Source of the DNA: Sminthopsis crassicaudata
Lineage: Eukaryota
Direction: 5' to 3'
DNA: 64,000 nt
NCBI RefSeq assembly: GCF_048593235.1
Contig: NC_133622.1
Coordinates: forward strand, 255,630,055 to 255,694,054
Shown here: piece after piece, positions 13,401 to 28,400 of the stretch
Layout: each line of letters begins with the position of its first letter
How positions within the stretch are numbered: the stretch's first letter is position 1
Notes under the pieces: generated by a model
What the model saw: the letters and a program-made list of their open reading frames with translations, nothing else
Told to the model about the DNA's origin: nothing
Database searches by the model: none
Program-made: the position numbers and the translations under genes

Positions 13401-16400
13401 TAAATAGATGGATACATATATAGATAGATACACCGATAAAGTAGATACATAGATACATACATAGATAGATACATACATAGATACATATGGATACATAGAA
13501 ACAAAAAGATAGACAGAAAGATAGATTGGTAAATACATAAACAGAAAGATAGATAAATAGATTGATAAATAGGCAGATAGACAGATGGAAAGATAGATTG
13601 ATAGATAGACAGACAGAAAGATAGAAAGAAAAAATAGGTTGATTGATAGAAAGATAGATCGATAAATAGGCAGACAGACAGAAAGATAGAAGGATGGGTG
13701 GATGGATGGATGGATAAATGGATAGACTGATTGATAAGTGATAGATAGATGAATAAATTGACAGACAAAAAGATAAATTGATCAACAGATAGAAAGATTG
13801 ACTGATAAATAGATAGATTGAAAGATGGATAGATAAATAGAAAGCTAGATTGATTGTTAGGCAGACAGACAGACAGAAAGATAGATAGATAGAATGAAGG
13901 ATGGATGGATAGATATACAAACAGAAAGATAGATTGATAAATGATAGATAGATACAGAAAGAAAAACAGATTGGTTGATATAGAGAAATTAAAAAAAAAA
14001 TGCTTGTTTCCTTCCTCCCTGTGAGGAAAACACTTAATTTTTGTTTAGTTCATGAATGAAAAAGCAATCATTAATCACTTACTGTGTCCTGACCCTGTGC
14101 CACTTAGCACAGTCGAGGCAAATGTCCCTGAGAAGGTCTGCTCTGTGAGGTTCATGGGCAATGAGCTGAATATTTAGGACTGGGCGCTTCGTCCTAATGG
14201 TCAAAGGCAGGAACAAGCAGGTCTCCAAAAAAGCATCTTGGAGCATTCGCAACTGCATGGCAGACTGATAATAATAATAAGTAGGTTAAGTACATGGATC
14301 CAGGCAAAGGTGGGCCCTGGCTGGGAAAGGACTCCCCGTTTTCCCTCAGGAAAGCCTTCCTCACTGTTCTGCCCTCCCCAGTGCACCCCTCCACCCCCCC
14401 ACCCCCCCCCGCCCTGTGATTAGCAGGCAGCACACCCCCCCCCCAAGGCTGACCTCCAGTCTGCAGAGAAGGGAGGAGGGGCTTTCGTTTCCCAGGGACA
14501 GTTCCTTGTGTAGCTCTTCCTACTTCCTTGGGTTGCCCCCTTCCCTCTGCTTTGGGCCCCAGGAGGCTTCCCAGGCCTCCCAGGAAGCACTCTTTCCTAA
14601 GCACAGTCGCCTACGCTCCTGGAGGCCAGAAATTGCTTCCTTTTGCACTGCCAGAGCCTAGCATGGTTCTTGCATGTAGTAGGGGCCTAATAAATGTCCT
14701 GGGACTCGGCCGGCGAGCACTAGCTCTTGCTGTCACAAGGAGCTGCCTTCAGTATTTTGTGTCTGGCTGGGTGGCCAGCCCACTGACCTCGGGTTGGAAC
14801 CTGGCAAAGGCACCTCTGGGTCAGTGAGAGTTTTCAGTGGTTTTTAATGATTTTATTCTCTACAAGGAGTTAAACGTATTTAACCAAAGCCCCATGACCT
14901 GCTCTCTTGGGGGCTGGGGGGGTCAGGGAGAGAGAGAGAAAATTCTGGGATTCAAAGTCTCCCAAATGAATGTTGAAAATCCCCTCTATGCATAGATTTG
15001 GAAACGTAAAATGCTATTGAGAGGAAGACGATGCCAAGCCCCCAGCATCCCCCAGCTTTCTTCAGGGGCTGCAGCTCCACCAACAATGACTCAGCATCCC
15101 TGTTTTTCATGCTGTCTTCCCCAGCCCAGCCCTTTCCCCTCCCCTCCTCCCCGGTATAATGAAGCCCCAGGCTCATGGCCAGCTGGGTTTCCCTCCCTGC
15201 CAGTCTCCAACTTCTTCCTTCCCTGCCAGCCAGTTGCCAACACTCTGAAATCCTTTCTCTGAGACCCACTGTGCCCTCTGTGCCCACCGACTCCTCTGGG
15301 GAGCGGCTCCCGCCCTGAGAGATTCAGCTCTCTGCCCATGGGTCCTGGCCGTCAGGCCCTGCCCAGAGGTGGCTGGCGCGAGATCTGGGGACACGCTCGA
15401 TTGCCCCTCTCGCTGGGGAGCCCACAAGCCACCCCGGTCATTGTCCCCACAGGCCGCTGCTGGCTGGACGCCCTGGAGCTGGCCCTGCGCTGCTCCAGCC
15501 TCTTCCGGCTCAGCACCTCCAAGCCGGGAAAGGACGGGGAGCTGAGCAGCCAGCTGGACTGCTCCCCGGTGCCACTGGACGGGCTGCTGCACGCTGGGAC
15601 CATCTCAGACCAGGATCTTTTTCAGTAAGCCATGGGCCAGGCCGGGGAGGGGAGGGAGGGCAGGGTCAGGGAGGACTGGGCAGGACAGGGGAGGGCCAAG
15701 ACTAGACTGGACTTGGCTCTTCTGATGAGAAGCTATTGCCCCCTTCTTCCCTGCCCGCCTCGGTGCCTCATTTATACAAGCTGCTCTGGATGGTGTGCAA
15801 GTCTAACCGTCTGGCATAAATGCCCAGTGGGCAGCCCCCTCCCCTTGTTGGGGTGCCAGAGCTCTTCCCGGTGCTGCCCCCACCTCTGGCTGCTCTCAGA
15901 AGCCGACGGGGGGAGGCATCGAGTGCAGGGAACACCACAGCCAGCTTAGCTCGGCTCCTGAATCTGAGTCTGAGTCTGAGCTGAGCCTTGAAGGATGAGA
16001 CCAGTGTGGTCAGTGGTAGAGTGAGGGAGGAAGACAGCGGTTCACGGCATCGGAGATCTGGGGCTGCAAGCCCTCTAGAAGCCTTCAAGTCCAGCCTCCT
16101 GACGGCTCATGGGAACAAAGGCTGAGCTTGTTCACACAGGCCTGGGTCTCTCAGCTTGTACCCGAGGCAGGATCTGAGCCCGAGCTCACTCTCCCCGATG
16201 CCCCTCGAATGGCTGGGCGGAGTTGGGGGATGGGAAGCCCCCCTCTCTCTCTGGGGCATTTCTCCTCCCTCCATCCCTCCAAGGGCTGAGTCCGGCTCAG
16301 GTTGGGTCCGTCAATGGCTGTCAGACAAGCCCCATCGCCTCCTCCTCTCCTCTGAAGGTCATCCCGGCATCCCTGGCCTGGCCCTCAGGGCTCGGAGCCC

Positions 16401-19400
16401 CCGGGGGCCGTGTGGGCAGACAGCATCACCGGGCCTCCCTCTGTGTTCCAGGCTGACGGAGGCCTCCCTGGAGAACCACCAGCTGGAGAACGACGCCTTT
16501 TCAGACAGGTCAGAGAAAGACACCATCGAGGGCTCGGAGAACGAGACCCGGGAGAACAGCCGCAAGACCAACGACAGCGAGAGTGACCAGTCAGAGACCC
16601 CCGGGGAGCTCGGTCACGAGAAAAAGGGGACCACGTACATCGAGCAGATCTACGAAGAGTTTGGGGAGGTAGGAGCCAGACGTCCCCCGTGGAGCGGGTG
16701 CGGCAGTTGGGTCTTACGGGCCTTGTGCAGGACGGCCCCACCTTAATGGATGAGCCAAGTGAGGCAGGAAGGCTTGTCCCCAGTCATGGCTCCTGCAGCA
16801 CCAGGAGGGGCTCAGACAAAGCTGCAGGTCCGGCCGGCCTTGCCTTCGCCATGTTCCGCTCCCCAGCTACAACCTGGCCTCCCTGCCTCCCTTCCGGCTC
16901 CTTGCCTAGAGTGCATTCTGCCCTCCCCTCCATCCCTCTAACTCCATGTGAGGTCCTTCCTGACCCCCTCCTCAGCTTCTGAGCACCCCACCCCCATGTC
17001 ATGCATGGCCAACCCCCCAAAAGCTCCTGGCCTGAGGGCAGGGATCTGCCTTTTTCAGGCCTCCCACGCCCAGAGCACAAGGATAGTTGATGAAATGAAA
17101 CCCAGAGTGAAGAGCATCTTCCAAGGCGAGAGCAGAGGTGCCTGCCATTATTGTCAGGCCCTTATTCCTCATCCTCCCTCAGACCCATGCCTCCCTTTTG
17201 GTGACTGGAGTCTGGGCTTTTCCCAGGACTATGGGAGGAAGGTCATAAGTAGCATATGGCATAGCCAGCCTCCAGCTCCTAGGCTCTAACCACTGTGCCA
17301 CACCGCCACCTCCTTCATGTCTGTCCAACTTGACCTCCACCTTCTGAGAGCTGACAGCCACGCCCCCTCTAAACTAGTCCCCACCCCTGGTCCCCTGGGA
17401 CCTCTGTCAGTAATAGAGCTGGGGGGAGGGGCAAACAAATTAATTCAACCAGCCTACTAAGTGCAGGCTGTAAAGGCTTTACTGTGAGTGGCTGTTCATC
17501 ATCTCACACCCCAGAAGGATCAGGCACCCCCTGATGTGGCCAGGAAGCTTTAGAGCTTGGGAATGTATTAGATCAATCCATGGTCCTGGACCGGGTCAGA
17601 GGAACAGAGTCTGGGGCCTTTACAGGGATAGGGTTGTGGAGTCTGTAGTACCATGGACAGAGACACACAGTCCAAGGGCTCTGTTGGGGCAGAGATTCGG
17701 AGACCATGATACCACAGAGGTGCAGAGACCATGATACCACAGAGGTGCTGAGTCCTCAGTACCATGGACAGGGCCCCAAGGGCATGGAGTCTGGGGCCTC
17801 TATCACAGACAGGGGTGCAGGGTCTGGGACAGGGGTGCGGAGTTCAGGACCTCTATGATAGACAGGAGCTGGGAGTCTGCGGTACCGTGGACAGGGACCC
17901 AAGGGCAGGGGCACAGAGTCCTTGGTGCCACAGACAGAGGCATGGAGTCCAGGCCTCTACCATGAATAAGGGCACGGAGTCCGAGTCTGGGCAGAGGCAG
18001 GAAGCTCCTTGTGAAGCCTGGCATCCGCCAAGGTGAGGAGGCAGTGGAGTCCCGCCCTCGGGCTGAGCTTTCTCTTCCTTCAGACAGGAGAATCATCGCA
18101 AACAGAGACAGTCTCTGAAGAGAACAAGAGCCTCATCTGGATCCTGCTGAAACAGCTGAGGCCGGGGATGGACCTGTCGCGCGTCGTGCTGCCCACCTTC
18201 ATCCTGGAGCCGCGCTCCTTCCTCAACAAGCTCTCCGACTACTACTACCACGCCGACCTGCTGTCTCAGTGAGTGCCCACAGGCGTCTATGGCCCCGGGG
18301 CCAATGCACAGCCCCCATAAGAGCCCTGACACACAACATAAATGGCACACACAGCCCCAACGCACGGTACACAGACACACAAAGCCCCGACACACAACAT
18401 ACACACAACAGCCCTGACACACAACACCCCCAACACACAACAGCCCTGACATAACACCAAGTTCCTGGGGCTTTGATCCAGCAGTGACAGAACCCTTCTC
18501 CGTGGCCCAGCCCACTCATGGGGGCCTGAGCCCTTTCCTGTGGCAGAGGGGGTTTTGGCTCAGGTCCTAGCTCAGAGATCGTGGGATGTGTGGCCCCTAG
18601 GGCCTCCCCAGCAGGCTGCCCTCTGCTTGCAGACCTTCTACTTGTATCAGCTCACGAGCCTCCCGAGGCCATTGCTGAACAGCTCTGATAAGGGCCATCC
18701 TCATGTGGACCTGGAGGTGTCCCAGGTCTCAAAGGGAGAAGGTGACGCATCGTGAACTATAGGCTGCAGAGAACTGTGTCGGTTGCTGACAGAATCACAA
18801 AGCATCCTTGAAGGGGATATCTTGAAAGAATAAACCTTGATCACAAAGAGCTCAAAAACTGGTTGTTCCGACCAGCTTTTCTGGATTGGCCTGGCTGACA
18901 GGGCTGGCAGATCAAGGGAAGAGGGGAGACGTAGCTCACCGTGATGTCTGCAAAGGGTTTATTAGAGTCTCCTGCAATATTGTGGGAAAGATGGAAAGAT
19001 GGAAGGCAGAGGAGAGCACAATTAAGTAGATTAGGACCTTGTTGAATGACCCCAGAGCAGTCATTAGCTGTGGAGGAAGATCTCCAGTGGAGTACCTCAG
19101 GGATCTGGGCTAGATCCCAGAGCTTAAAACTGCTAAGTACCTCAACAGCCTCCTAAACTCAATGTGTCCGAACAGTCATCCCCTCAGCCTGCCCTCTCGC
19201 AAGTGACTATTTAGCCGCCAAAGGTTTTCAGGGAGGGTGAACCCCTCACCTCCCCAGGCAGCCCTTTCAACTTTTCAGTCTCTCTCCTTGCTTTTTTGTA
19301 AATGTGGGAGCTTTGGAAGCTTTCCCTGTCCAGTCAGAAGCTTTATCTCTATTCCTGTTTCCCCTTCCCCAGATTTTCTTATCTCCAGGCTAAATATCCC

Positions 19401-22400
19401 CACTTCCTTCAGTTGAGCAATTAACAGGCATCCTACTTACAGCTAGATCTCCTTGTTGGAAGCTTTTTCCTAACATCCTAAATCTTCCTCTCTGAGCCCA
19501 TGCACTTACCCACGTATTCCTGGGCCTGCCCTCTACAGCCAGACAATCATCCTTCCTTCACCTGCCAGCTTTTTGGAAGGGTCATAGGAAAGTCCACATT
19601 GCCACATGAAGAGATCAGAGGGCCAAAGATTTAGGCGCCCAAGGGGCCTGAGGGGCCATTGTGGCCACAGCCTTCACTTTACAGAGGAAGGAAATAAGGC
19701 ACATGCTCAGGATCACCCAACTAGCAAGTATCTGAGGTGGGATTGGAAGCCAGGATGTCCTCAATCCAAACCCAGTACTCCCTCTGCTGTACCAAAGGTG
19801 TTAAACACACAGTTTGCCGAAATAATCCTCAATTCCCCCAACCAAATTAAAGTATAATTGAGCAATACTTGATAAAGCAAAGAAAAACCCAGTAGAGTGG
19901 AGATAATGGTGATATGGGGTCTTCCAACTCTATCTGCTGGCAGGGATCTTTCTGTATACCTCAGTGGCCCCCTGCCTTGTGGAGGTCCCCACCCCCTCTC
20001 AAGCAGCGATTGTGCCGATGGACTGTATGGAGTGGCCACAGCCCTCCCAGATGCTGCCCCAGTTCTGGCTGCATGGGGTGGCTGGGAAATGGAACAAGCC
20101 ATGGAACCCTCTGCTCATAAAGGACTTAATTTTTGCCTCTTTGTGCCAGGGCTGTTCTGGAAGAAGATCCTTTAACTCGTATGAAGCAAGTTGTAAGATG
20201 GTATCTGTCCGGCTTCTACAAGAAACCGAAGGTAAGAAAAACCACAGGAAGTCTGAGTTCCGTGATCAGGATGATCTGATTGATTACAGTTCAGTGCAGC
20301 TAAGAGCTCGCTGCCCACCCCTTACCCCCCCCCAAAAAAAAAAAATTAGACTGCCTCCATCACAAGAAAGAGCTGCCACAGTTCATCCCATGTACCAGAG
20401 GCGGGCTGCCTCCCTTGGAGTGGATCAGGCTAGGAGGTGGCTTACCCTTTCCTGATATGGTGACCCATTAGTTAGAAAGCCTTAAATCCCCTTAAGGGCC
20501 TGAGGATCTAGAGAAGAGCATCCCCTACTCCTCACTATGAGACCCTCTGATTTGGACCCTGACACCTTCCACCCCTTAGCCAGCTGGTGCAAAGACCTAT
20601 AGTGACAACAGCCCCAGATGGTTGGCAAATCTTGTGGTCATTTACCTTGTTCCCCTCCAGAGAAGGGAGAAGAATTGAGGGCCAGAGCCCCTAACCCTTC
20701 CAGCTTTCAGCTCTGGGATCCTAGCACCTTTTGCCTTCCTCCAAAAGAGGTGGGTGGGTCACTAGGCAGTGAGTTCTGGTTTAGGGGCTCCCCAGCAAAC
20801 ACCTGAAGCTGCAGTGGGGGCTCAGTGGCTAGGAGCAGCCACCTAAGATAGGCCAGAGTACCCTGGGGGAAGGCTCCCGCTGCAACCTCTGAGGCAAAGC
20901 TTGCTCTTCCTCTTGCAGGGAATCAAGAAGCCTTACAATCCCATCCTCGGAGAGACCTTCCGCTGCTGCTGGTATCACCCCCAGACCAACAGCCATACTT
21001 TCTACATATCTGAACAGGCAAGTTCCTCCCAGCCCTGGCCCCCAAAGCCCTGGGTCCTAAAGCGCTTGGTGCTGAAGCACGATTCAGGAGGTCCCATGGT
21101 TCCCCCCAGAGTCCGGCTGCAGGAAGAACGGCTTCTACAGGAGATCTTCCCTACCCAGGGGACCTGTGGAGCCCCAGCACCTCCTTCCCTTCTCCCTTGT
21201 GGTGTCTGCGAGGCACAAAGCGGTCGTATCAGACTGCGCACATGCCTTTGGAGCCCGGGCCGCTAGCCAAGGGACGGGAGATGGCTTTCCTGAGGGAGGC
21301 TGGCAGCAGCCCATGAATTTCTCCATTTGCTTTGAAGTCAGGGACGGATAGGGAGACGCTTCTCCTCGGTGGACGGCCCCCTCCTCACGGCCCTGCCAGT
21401 GTGGCCTTCGTGGCCAAGGGAGCTGTTGGGGATCAGTCCGAGGGAGTGTCCGGGGGGCTCTGGAGCCCCAGACTTTGGGGGGAGTTGCCGGTATGGACAG
21501 AGTTCCCCGGTTGACCAAGTCAGGGAGAAACTGCCTTACTGCCCTCCCAGCCTGCCCTGGCCCCTCCTGATTGGGAGCCAAAGCCCGGGGAGTGGGACAC
21601 TATTCTCTAGTACTGCCTCCGGGAGGGCCTCCTGGGCATTTCTATGTTGTAAAAGAAGGCCTGCAGGGAGGATAGTTAACCTAAAACAACTCCCTTTTGC
21701 TCACACTGCTAAACACACGTACAGGACGCTTTGACTGGTACCGAGGGCACAAAAGTCACAAAGAACCCCATCTCTGTCCTTCAGCCGCATGGAGTCTAAG
21801 GGGGGGCAAGTGGCAAGAACAATGCAGGGAGACCCGGCCTCTGGAGATCTTTGAGGCGCCCCTGTTACCTTGGGGGGGGGGAGAATCTTGTCGAAGTCTC
21901 ACAGAGGGCTGGCCTGGGCAGAAGGAAGGGAGCCGAGCTCCAGGCGGGGTGGTCCCAAGTGCCCAGATGACAGGAGAGCCCACCAGGGTGGCCCCGAGCC
22001 AAAGCTCTTTCACCTGAGCTGCCGTTCTGCCTTCCAGGTTTCCCATCATCCTCCCGTGTCTGCTTTCCATGTAAGCAATAGGAAAGATGGCTTCTGCATC
22101 ACTGGAAGCATCCTAGCCAAGTCCAAATTCTATGGTAAGGCTGCAGATGGGAGGCTTTAGAGAGACCCAAATTTCTCATGGAGGTGGGAGAGGGGCCCTG
22201 GAAGTGGTCTGGGCGATGGTCCAGCTGTTTGAGGGTCCGGGGGCCTGGCTGTCTGAGGGTGCAGGTGACAGCCTGTCAGGGACCCAGCCATTCACGGGCC
22301 CAGGGCTTGGGGGCTCTGGGTGGCCCTCCAGGAGATGGCCCTTCCAGAAGATGGCCCAGCCGTCCGAGGGTCCGGCCACTGCCTCCTTGTGCCTCAGTGA

Positions 22401-25400
22401 CCCTTCTCCTTCCTTGTGGCTACAGGAAACTCCCTCTCAGCCTTACTCGATGGCAAAGCAACTTTGACGTTTCTGAGTAGAGGGGAAGATTACATCATAA
22501 CGATGCCCTACGCACATTGTAAAGGTAAGAGCCCCTCCCCCACCCATCAGCCCTGAGGCAGGCTGGGAGTCTCCATCCATTGCCCGGAGGGGGGAGGGCA
22601 CCCTGAAGGGGCCAACAAGTGCCCATATGGCCAGCCTGGCTGTGAGCTGTTGGAGAGGCAGGAACGAGGTGCCACGGGTCCTGGCGATGAGCTGAGCCCC
22701 CAAGCCTGGCAGAGGAGTGAGATTCCCATCACTAACGGTATCCAGGCACGAGAGGGATGGCTTCCTGATATAACATGCGATGGTGGGGATCCAAGTTAAG
22801 GCAGAACTAAGTGACTACCGAGGGCCCACTGACCCCAGGAATTCTGTGCTCAAAGAACTCCTGGTCTGGGCTGACCAGGAAGCCTCCATTGGGAGGAGGT
22901 GGACTTCTGCTGGATCCTCCGGGCAGGACAAAGTGGTGGGAGGGCATTCCTGGTGGGGGGTCCAGCAGAGGCAAAGGCATAGAGACTGGCCCTACTAAGC
23001 CTGGCTGGAGCAAGGACCCCAAACTACCAAGCCAGGGTTTGGCTAAAATTGTACCCTCGCTGTTGTGGAGGGAGTGATCACAGGGGGGAGATCAGCCCGT
23101 CTCCATCAGATTCCAGCAATGTTCGAACAGTTCCCTTCAGCTCGACCCAATCCTCCAGAAATCCTCTCAATTAGTGAAGGAGCATTTATTAAGCACCTGC
23201 TGTGTGCTGGGTGCTAAGGATAATAAAGCAGAAGTGCTAACAGTCCCTGCCCCCACAGAACCTAAGTAGGTGCTCCCAGAGTCTCTGGGGACTCCTTTGC
23301 TGCCTTTCCCGGGTTCGAGGGGACCACAGCAATCAGATACCACGTCCCAAACTCACGTCCCGTATAACAGCCCCTGCTTACCAGGCTGAGAGTCTCCCAC
23401 CTGTTCACAAAAGCACTTGATGAGGGCGTAAAAATGCTGTAAACAGCAGGCGGGAGCCCTGCCGAAGAATCGCCCACAAGCCCAAGGGGCTGCGAGGCTA
23501 TGGAGGGAGGAGTCCATCCCCTCCTCCCAGAGAGGGTTAGAAGAGAGTGCCTGGGATTGGCTGGGCCAGGAAGCTCTGCAGGAAGTGTCGGTACCAGCCC
23601 ATGTGATTTTGTCCAGGAATTTTGTATGGCACCATGACCATGGAGCTGGGGGGAAAAGTGACTATTGAGTGTGAGAAGAACAATTACCAGGCAGAGCTGG
23701 AGTTTAAGCTCAAGGTAAGGACTCTGCACAGGTAGGCTCTGGGGCCCTGGAGGATGCTGGGAGTTCCCACAGCCAGGGGGGGACAGTAACCCTGGCCCGG
23801 ACCCTCCCCCCATTCTTGCTGCAGTCTGGACCAGAGCCCGAGGAGCTTCCCTCCCAGACCAAGGTTTTGTTTTTGTGACTGGCCCACAGGGGCTGCGGTC
23901 AGCCTCATTTCTTACCTTCCCTAATCACTGAATGGCGAGGGCCTGGGACAAACCCAGACCCGGGAGGGACCTTAGCTGAAGGCCACGGTCTCCCGCTGCA
24001 GCGGGCCCTCTCTGGCTTCCTGGCTCTGTCCGGCCCCTGACCCCGATGGTTCTGGAGGAGAAAGTGAGGCCGATGATCTTGCAGCCCTCCCTCCCTTAAC
24101 TCCCGCTCCTGGGCATATCATAGCGGCCCCTCTCTGATGTCATGGGCCTCTGGGAACTAAGGACAAGCTCTACAATTGTCGCGTAGCCCCTTCTCTGTAA
24201 GATGAGGGGGGTGGATGCTTAAGAAATGCTCTAGAAGGTCATATCCGGCTCAGAAGCTGGGAGCGTGAGGCCATTCCTGGGACCCCGGGAGACCCCTGCA
24301 TGTCTCGGGACAGAGCCAGCCGTTTGGTACTTGTACCCCAGAACCAGCTGCAGAGGTGCTGAGCAAATGATGTGATCCCCAACTGACCTTTGTTAGAATT
24401 ACTGAGAGGAGGGCTATTGGAATGGAGAACGGGGAATGTCAGGCCATTAGAGCAGAGAATGTGGAATGTCAGGGCTATTAGATCAGAGAATAAAAAATAT
24501 ATTTTTAATTTAAAAAAAAAAAACAGAGAATGTAGAATGTTCAGGCTATTAGAACAGAGAACATGGAATGTTTGGGCTATTAGAATGGAGAACGCAGGAT
24601 GTCATCCAGGTTATTAGAACAGCATGCAATGTCAGAGCTATTGGAACGGAGAATGTGAAATTAGAGAATTGTTGAGAATGTCGGAGCTGGGAGGGCTTTG
24701 GGGACAGAGGGAGCAGGTCTCTAGCCCCTGAGGTATCTCAGTAGGTTAGGTGAAGAGGGTCCAGGAGGTGGCGCTCTCACCCCGATGCTTGCAAGCTCTG
24801 TGACCCCGAGGAGGGGCTCACTTTCCACCCCCAGATGATGACCACTGGGCTCCCTTGATGGTCCCTGTCCCCTTACCCTGCCTCTATATGCCCTGGCAGA
24901 CTCCGGGCCCATTCTGTCTCTAGAGCTGCCTTCCTTTGGTGGAGGGATTTTCCCCCAAGGGAGTTCCTTGTCCCAAGAAATCCCAGGTGGGCCTTTGCCT
25001 CATGGGCTCCCCCCCACCCAGGGAGGTCATCGCTCCCCGCCCCTTCCCATGGACGTCCCCTGCCCCCCACCTTGTGCTGCTGCCTCCCAGAGCCTCTCTC
25101 CTTTGAAGAAGAGCCCTGAGGCCCAATCCTCCCCATGGTGGGGAAGGGGGGGGGGAGGTGACAGATGCCCTGAGGGGGGGGCCTTTTTGCTGTGTCCCCT
25201 GGGACGGGGCGTGCCCTCCTGGGCTCTACAAAGCAGGCTCTGAGCCGACTCTTGTCCACAGCCTTTTTTCGGAGGCAACTCCGGCCTTAACCAGATCTCT
25301 GGGAAGATTAAATCAGGAGAGGATGTTCTGGCCAGCCTTGATGGACACTGGGTAAGGGAGCCCCTCCCCCCCAGCAGAGCGGAAGGCCCTGAGGCGCTCA

Positions 25401-28400
25401 GGGCATGGGCTGGGGCAGCTGGGGCTCACACTCACTCACCCCCACCGCCCCAAGCTGCAGAGGGCTTTGAGCCGGCAGGGCAGAAACTCAAGGGGAGCCC
25501 CGAGCCTGGGCTGGGATCAGGGAGGGCTTCTGGGTGACGGGGCCTTGGCCAGGCCTCGAATAGGGGGTAGAACTGGGAGGGAGGAAGGCCCGGGTAGCAC
25601 CCCCGGGGGGGAGGGGACACAACTTCCCATGGGCCATGTTCTCATTGGATTCCTTGGGCACAGTTTGGCTCCATGAGTACTCGGGGAAAGACGCCTCATG
25701 CCAGACTCTTAGGTTGAGGCGGGATGGAAGGGGACCCGGGCTGTCATGGAGCCGTCACATTGCTGAGCTGAACTGGGGAACGGCCAGGCTCAGGAGGGCC
25801 TCGAAGGCCAAGCTGGCCCGTTTCCCAGAACTCCCCTTGGTCTTCCCCGGGCAGGACAGGGAGGTATACATCAACAACCCAAAGAACGGCGCCAGCGATG
25901 TCTTCTGGAACCCAACAGCGGACGTCCGGAGGCAGAGACTCAAGCGCCACATTGTGCTATTTGAGGAGCAAACCGAGCTGGAATCAGAGAGGTGGGGCCC
26001 GGCCAGAGGGGGAAGGGTGGCCCCCTAAGAGCAGAAGCGAGCCAGGGCTAGACCAGGACCAGCGGGGCTAGCCCGGGACCCTGATGCCCTGGCTTTTGGC
26101 ATGGCCCCAGGCCCAGCCGCCCAGACTTAGGCCGATCGTGGTCGCTCCCTGCTGGGTGCCCCGCCTGGCCACAGGCTGCTTCTCCCTCTCAGCTCCCACA
26201 AGGCTGTGCCCTCACAGCGGGGGGCCTGGAAGGGAGAGAGCATAACTGCTTGAGGGCTCAGCCTCGGAGGGCACAGGCAGGACTAGCCGGGGGTAGTCAC
26301 AGGGGCCAAGTTACCCCCACTGGGGAACCACCTGCTGGCACGGCGGGCAGCCCTCTGGGGCGAAGGGCCCCTGGTCAGTGCCCTCAGGATGAGGCAAGGA
26401 TGCCCACCCTGGCTCTGGGGGGATGGGCTGCCTGGCAAGGCCCCCAGTTCTGGGAGATGAGCCCCGGGTGAGAAAGGAAAGCAGGGGCGGGGAGCTGGGG
26501 GGGGCAGCAGACTGAGTGGGGCTGCTCCCCGCAGACTCTGGCAGCACGTGACCAGTGCAATCAATAAAGGGGACCAGGTGAAGGCCACCCAGGAGAAGTT
26601 CGTGCTGGAGGAGGAGCAGAGGAGGCGGGCCCGGGAGCGGCAGGAGGCGCTTCTGGACTGGAAGCCGCTGCTCTTCCTCCATGACCCCAGCTCCCAGGAG
26701 TGGCGCTACAAATACGAGGAGTGAGTGTGCGGGCCTGGGAGGACTCGGGCGGGGGGGGCGGGGTGCAGGGAGGAAGGCTCGGAGGGGGATCCTCAGACCC
26801 CAAGAGGATGGCTGCCCACAGGCCCGGTCCCCAGCAGCTTGGGAGCAACCTGGTGCCAGGCTCAGACCCCGGGCCCAGGGCCACACTGTTAATGGACCGT
26901 GCGCCAAGCAGGGCTGGCTGTGTCTGGACCCAGAGCAGGGCGCCCCAGGGGCTCCAAGCAGGACCAGGGGCAGGGGCTCTGCCGGTGCTGAGCAGTGGGA
27001 GGGGGCTGCCCACCTCTGGGGCCCTCGGGGGACCGAGAGTCCACATGACACCAACGAGTCTCCCGGGTCTCGTTTGCCTCCGGCAGCCTCAGGCCTTGGG
27101 ACCCCCTCACAGACATCGCCCAGTTTGAGCAGGACGGCCGGCTGCAGACGATGGGCCGGCGCGCGCCCCTGAGACTGACAGCCCGGAACCAAGCGGCCCG
27201 GCACAAGGTGGGTCCCTGCCCCCTCCCCCCCCCACTGTCTGCATGCTCCTGAGCCCGCACCCAGCCTGCCGCATTACCCTGCTGTGCCCGAGTAGCATGC
27301 AGGGCAGCGGGGGAGGCCGGCCCCGAGGTCCCAGACCAGTGGGGAGGGTCAGAGATCTCTCCGTGCAGGCAGCCCCCTCTCCTCTCTCTATCTCTCTATC
27401 TCTGTCTCTGTCTTTGTGTCTCTCTGTCTCTCCTCTTTCTCTGTGTCTCTCTCTGTATGTGCATCTCTCCTTTCTATCTCTGTCTCTTTGTGTGTGTCTC
27501 TATCTCTCTCTCTCCTTCCCTCCTCCCTTCTTTCCCCCATACACACACAAGCACACATTTCCTACACATTAAGCTCAGCCCCGGCCCCCTCTCCCCCCCA
27601 TGTGCCCAGGCTCGTGCTCTCCCACATGGTCGAGGCTGAGCCATAAGGAAAACCAGAGGAGACGCAGAGGAAGCCTGTGCCCTCGGGGAGCTTACAGAGG
27701 GCTGGAAGGGAGGCAGCAAGCGTTTATGGAACACCCACTGTGTGCCAGGCGCTGGGGACCCGCGCTGCACGATTTTGCCTCCCTGATCCTCCCAAGCACC
27801 CTCTGGGGGAGCTGCTGCTGTTATTCCCCCTTTACAGTGGAGGAAACAGGCAGGCAGAGGAGAGGTAGCTGCCCACACAGTGTCTAGGTAGGGTCTGGGG
27901 CCGGATTTGAACCCAGGGCTTCCTGACTGCAGTCACAGCCTCTCCCTGCTGCAGAGCCTCCGCTTGTCCTTGGTGTCACCTCCTTCCGGCCTCCACCTTT
28001 CCCTAAGGGGGCAGTGTTCAGGACCCAGACTCTGCCGGAGGATTCTGGGTCACGGGGGTCTCAGAGACCTTCAGGTGCTTCCCCTCCTTTTACAGTTAAA
28101 GAAACTGAGGTTGGAGACAGAGGAAAGCATGATGGGTAGATAAGCTCACTAAGGTGGGGCCTCTCCCCGAGGCCACGGAGCGACCAGAGCAAGGTCCGAG
28201 GCGTCTCCCCAAACCCTCCCCAAACCGCCTTCCCTCCCCCTTTCAGTGAGACCCGTCTGGTGGCCGGGCGCCGCTGTCTAAGGCTCGGTGGTCAGGATGC
28301 GCCCGGCCTTGCAGCCTCGTGGGAGGGGCCGCGTGGCCGGTGATGGAGCGCGCACGTGCCCTGCAGAGGCCGGGCAGTCTAGTGATCACAGGCACGCGCC

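Noticed and set aside
12629-13920. MYL/CIY-rich ORFs
   Set aside because: Translations of the GATA satellite, partly across an N gap.
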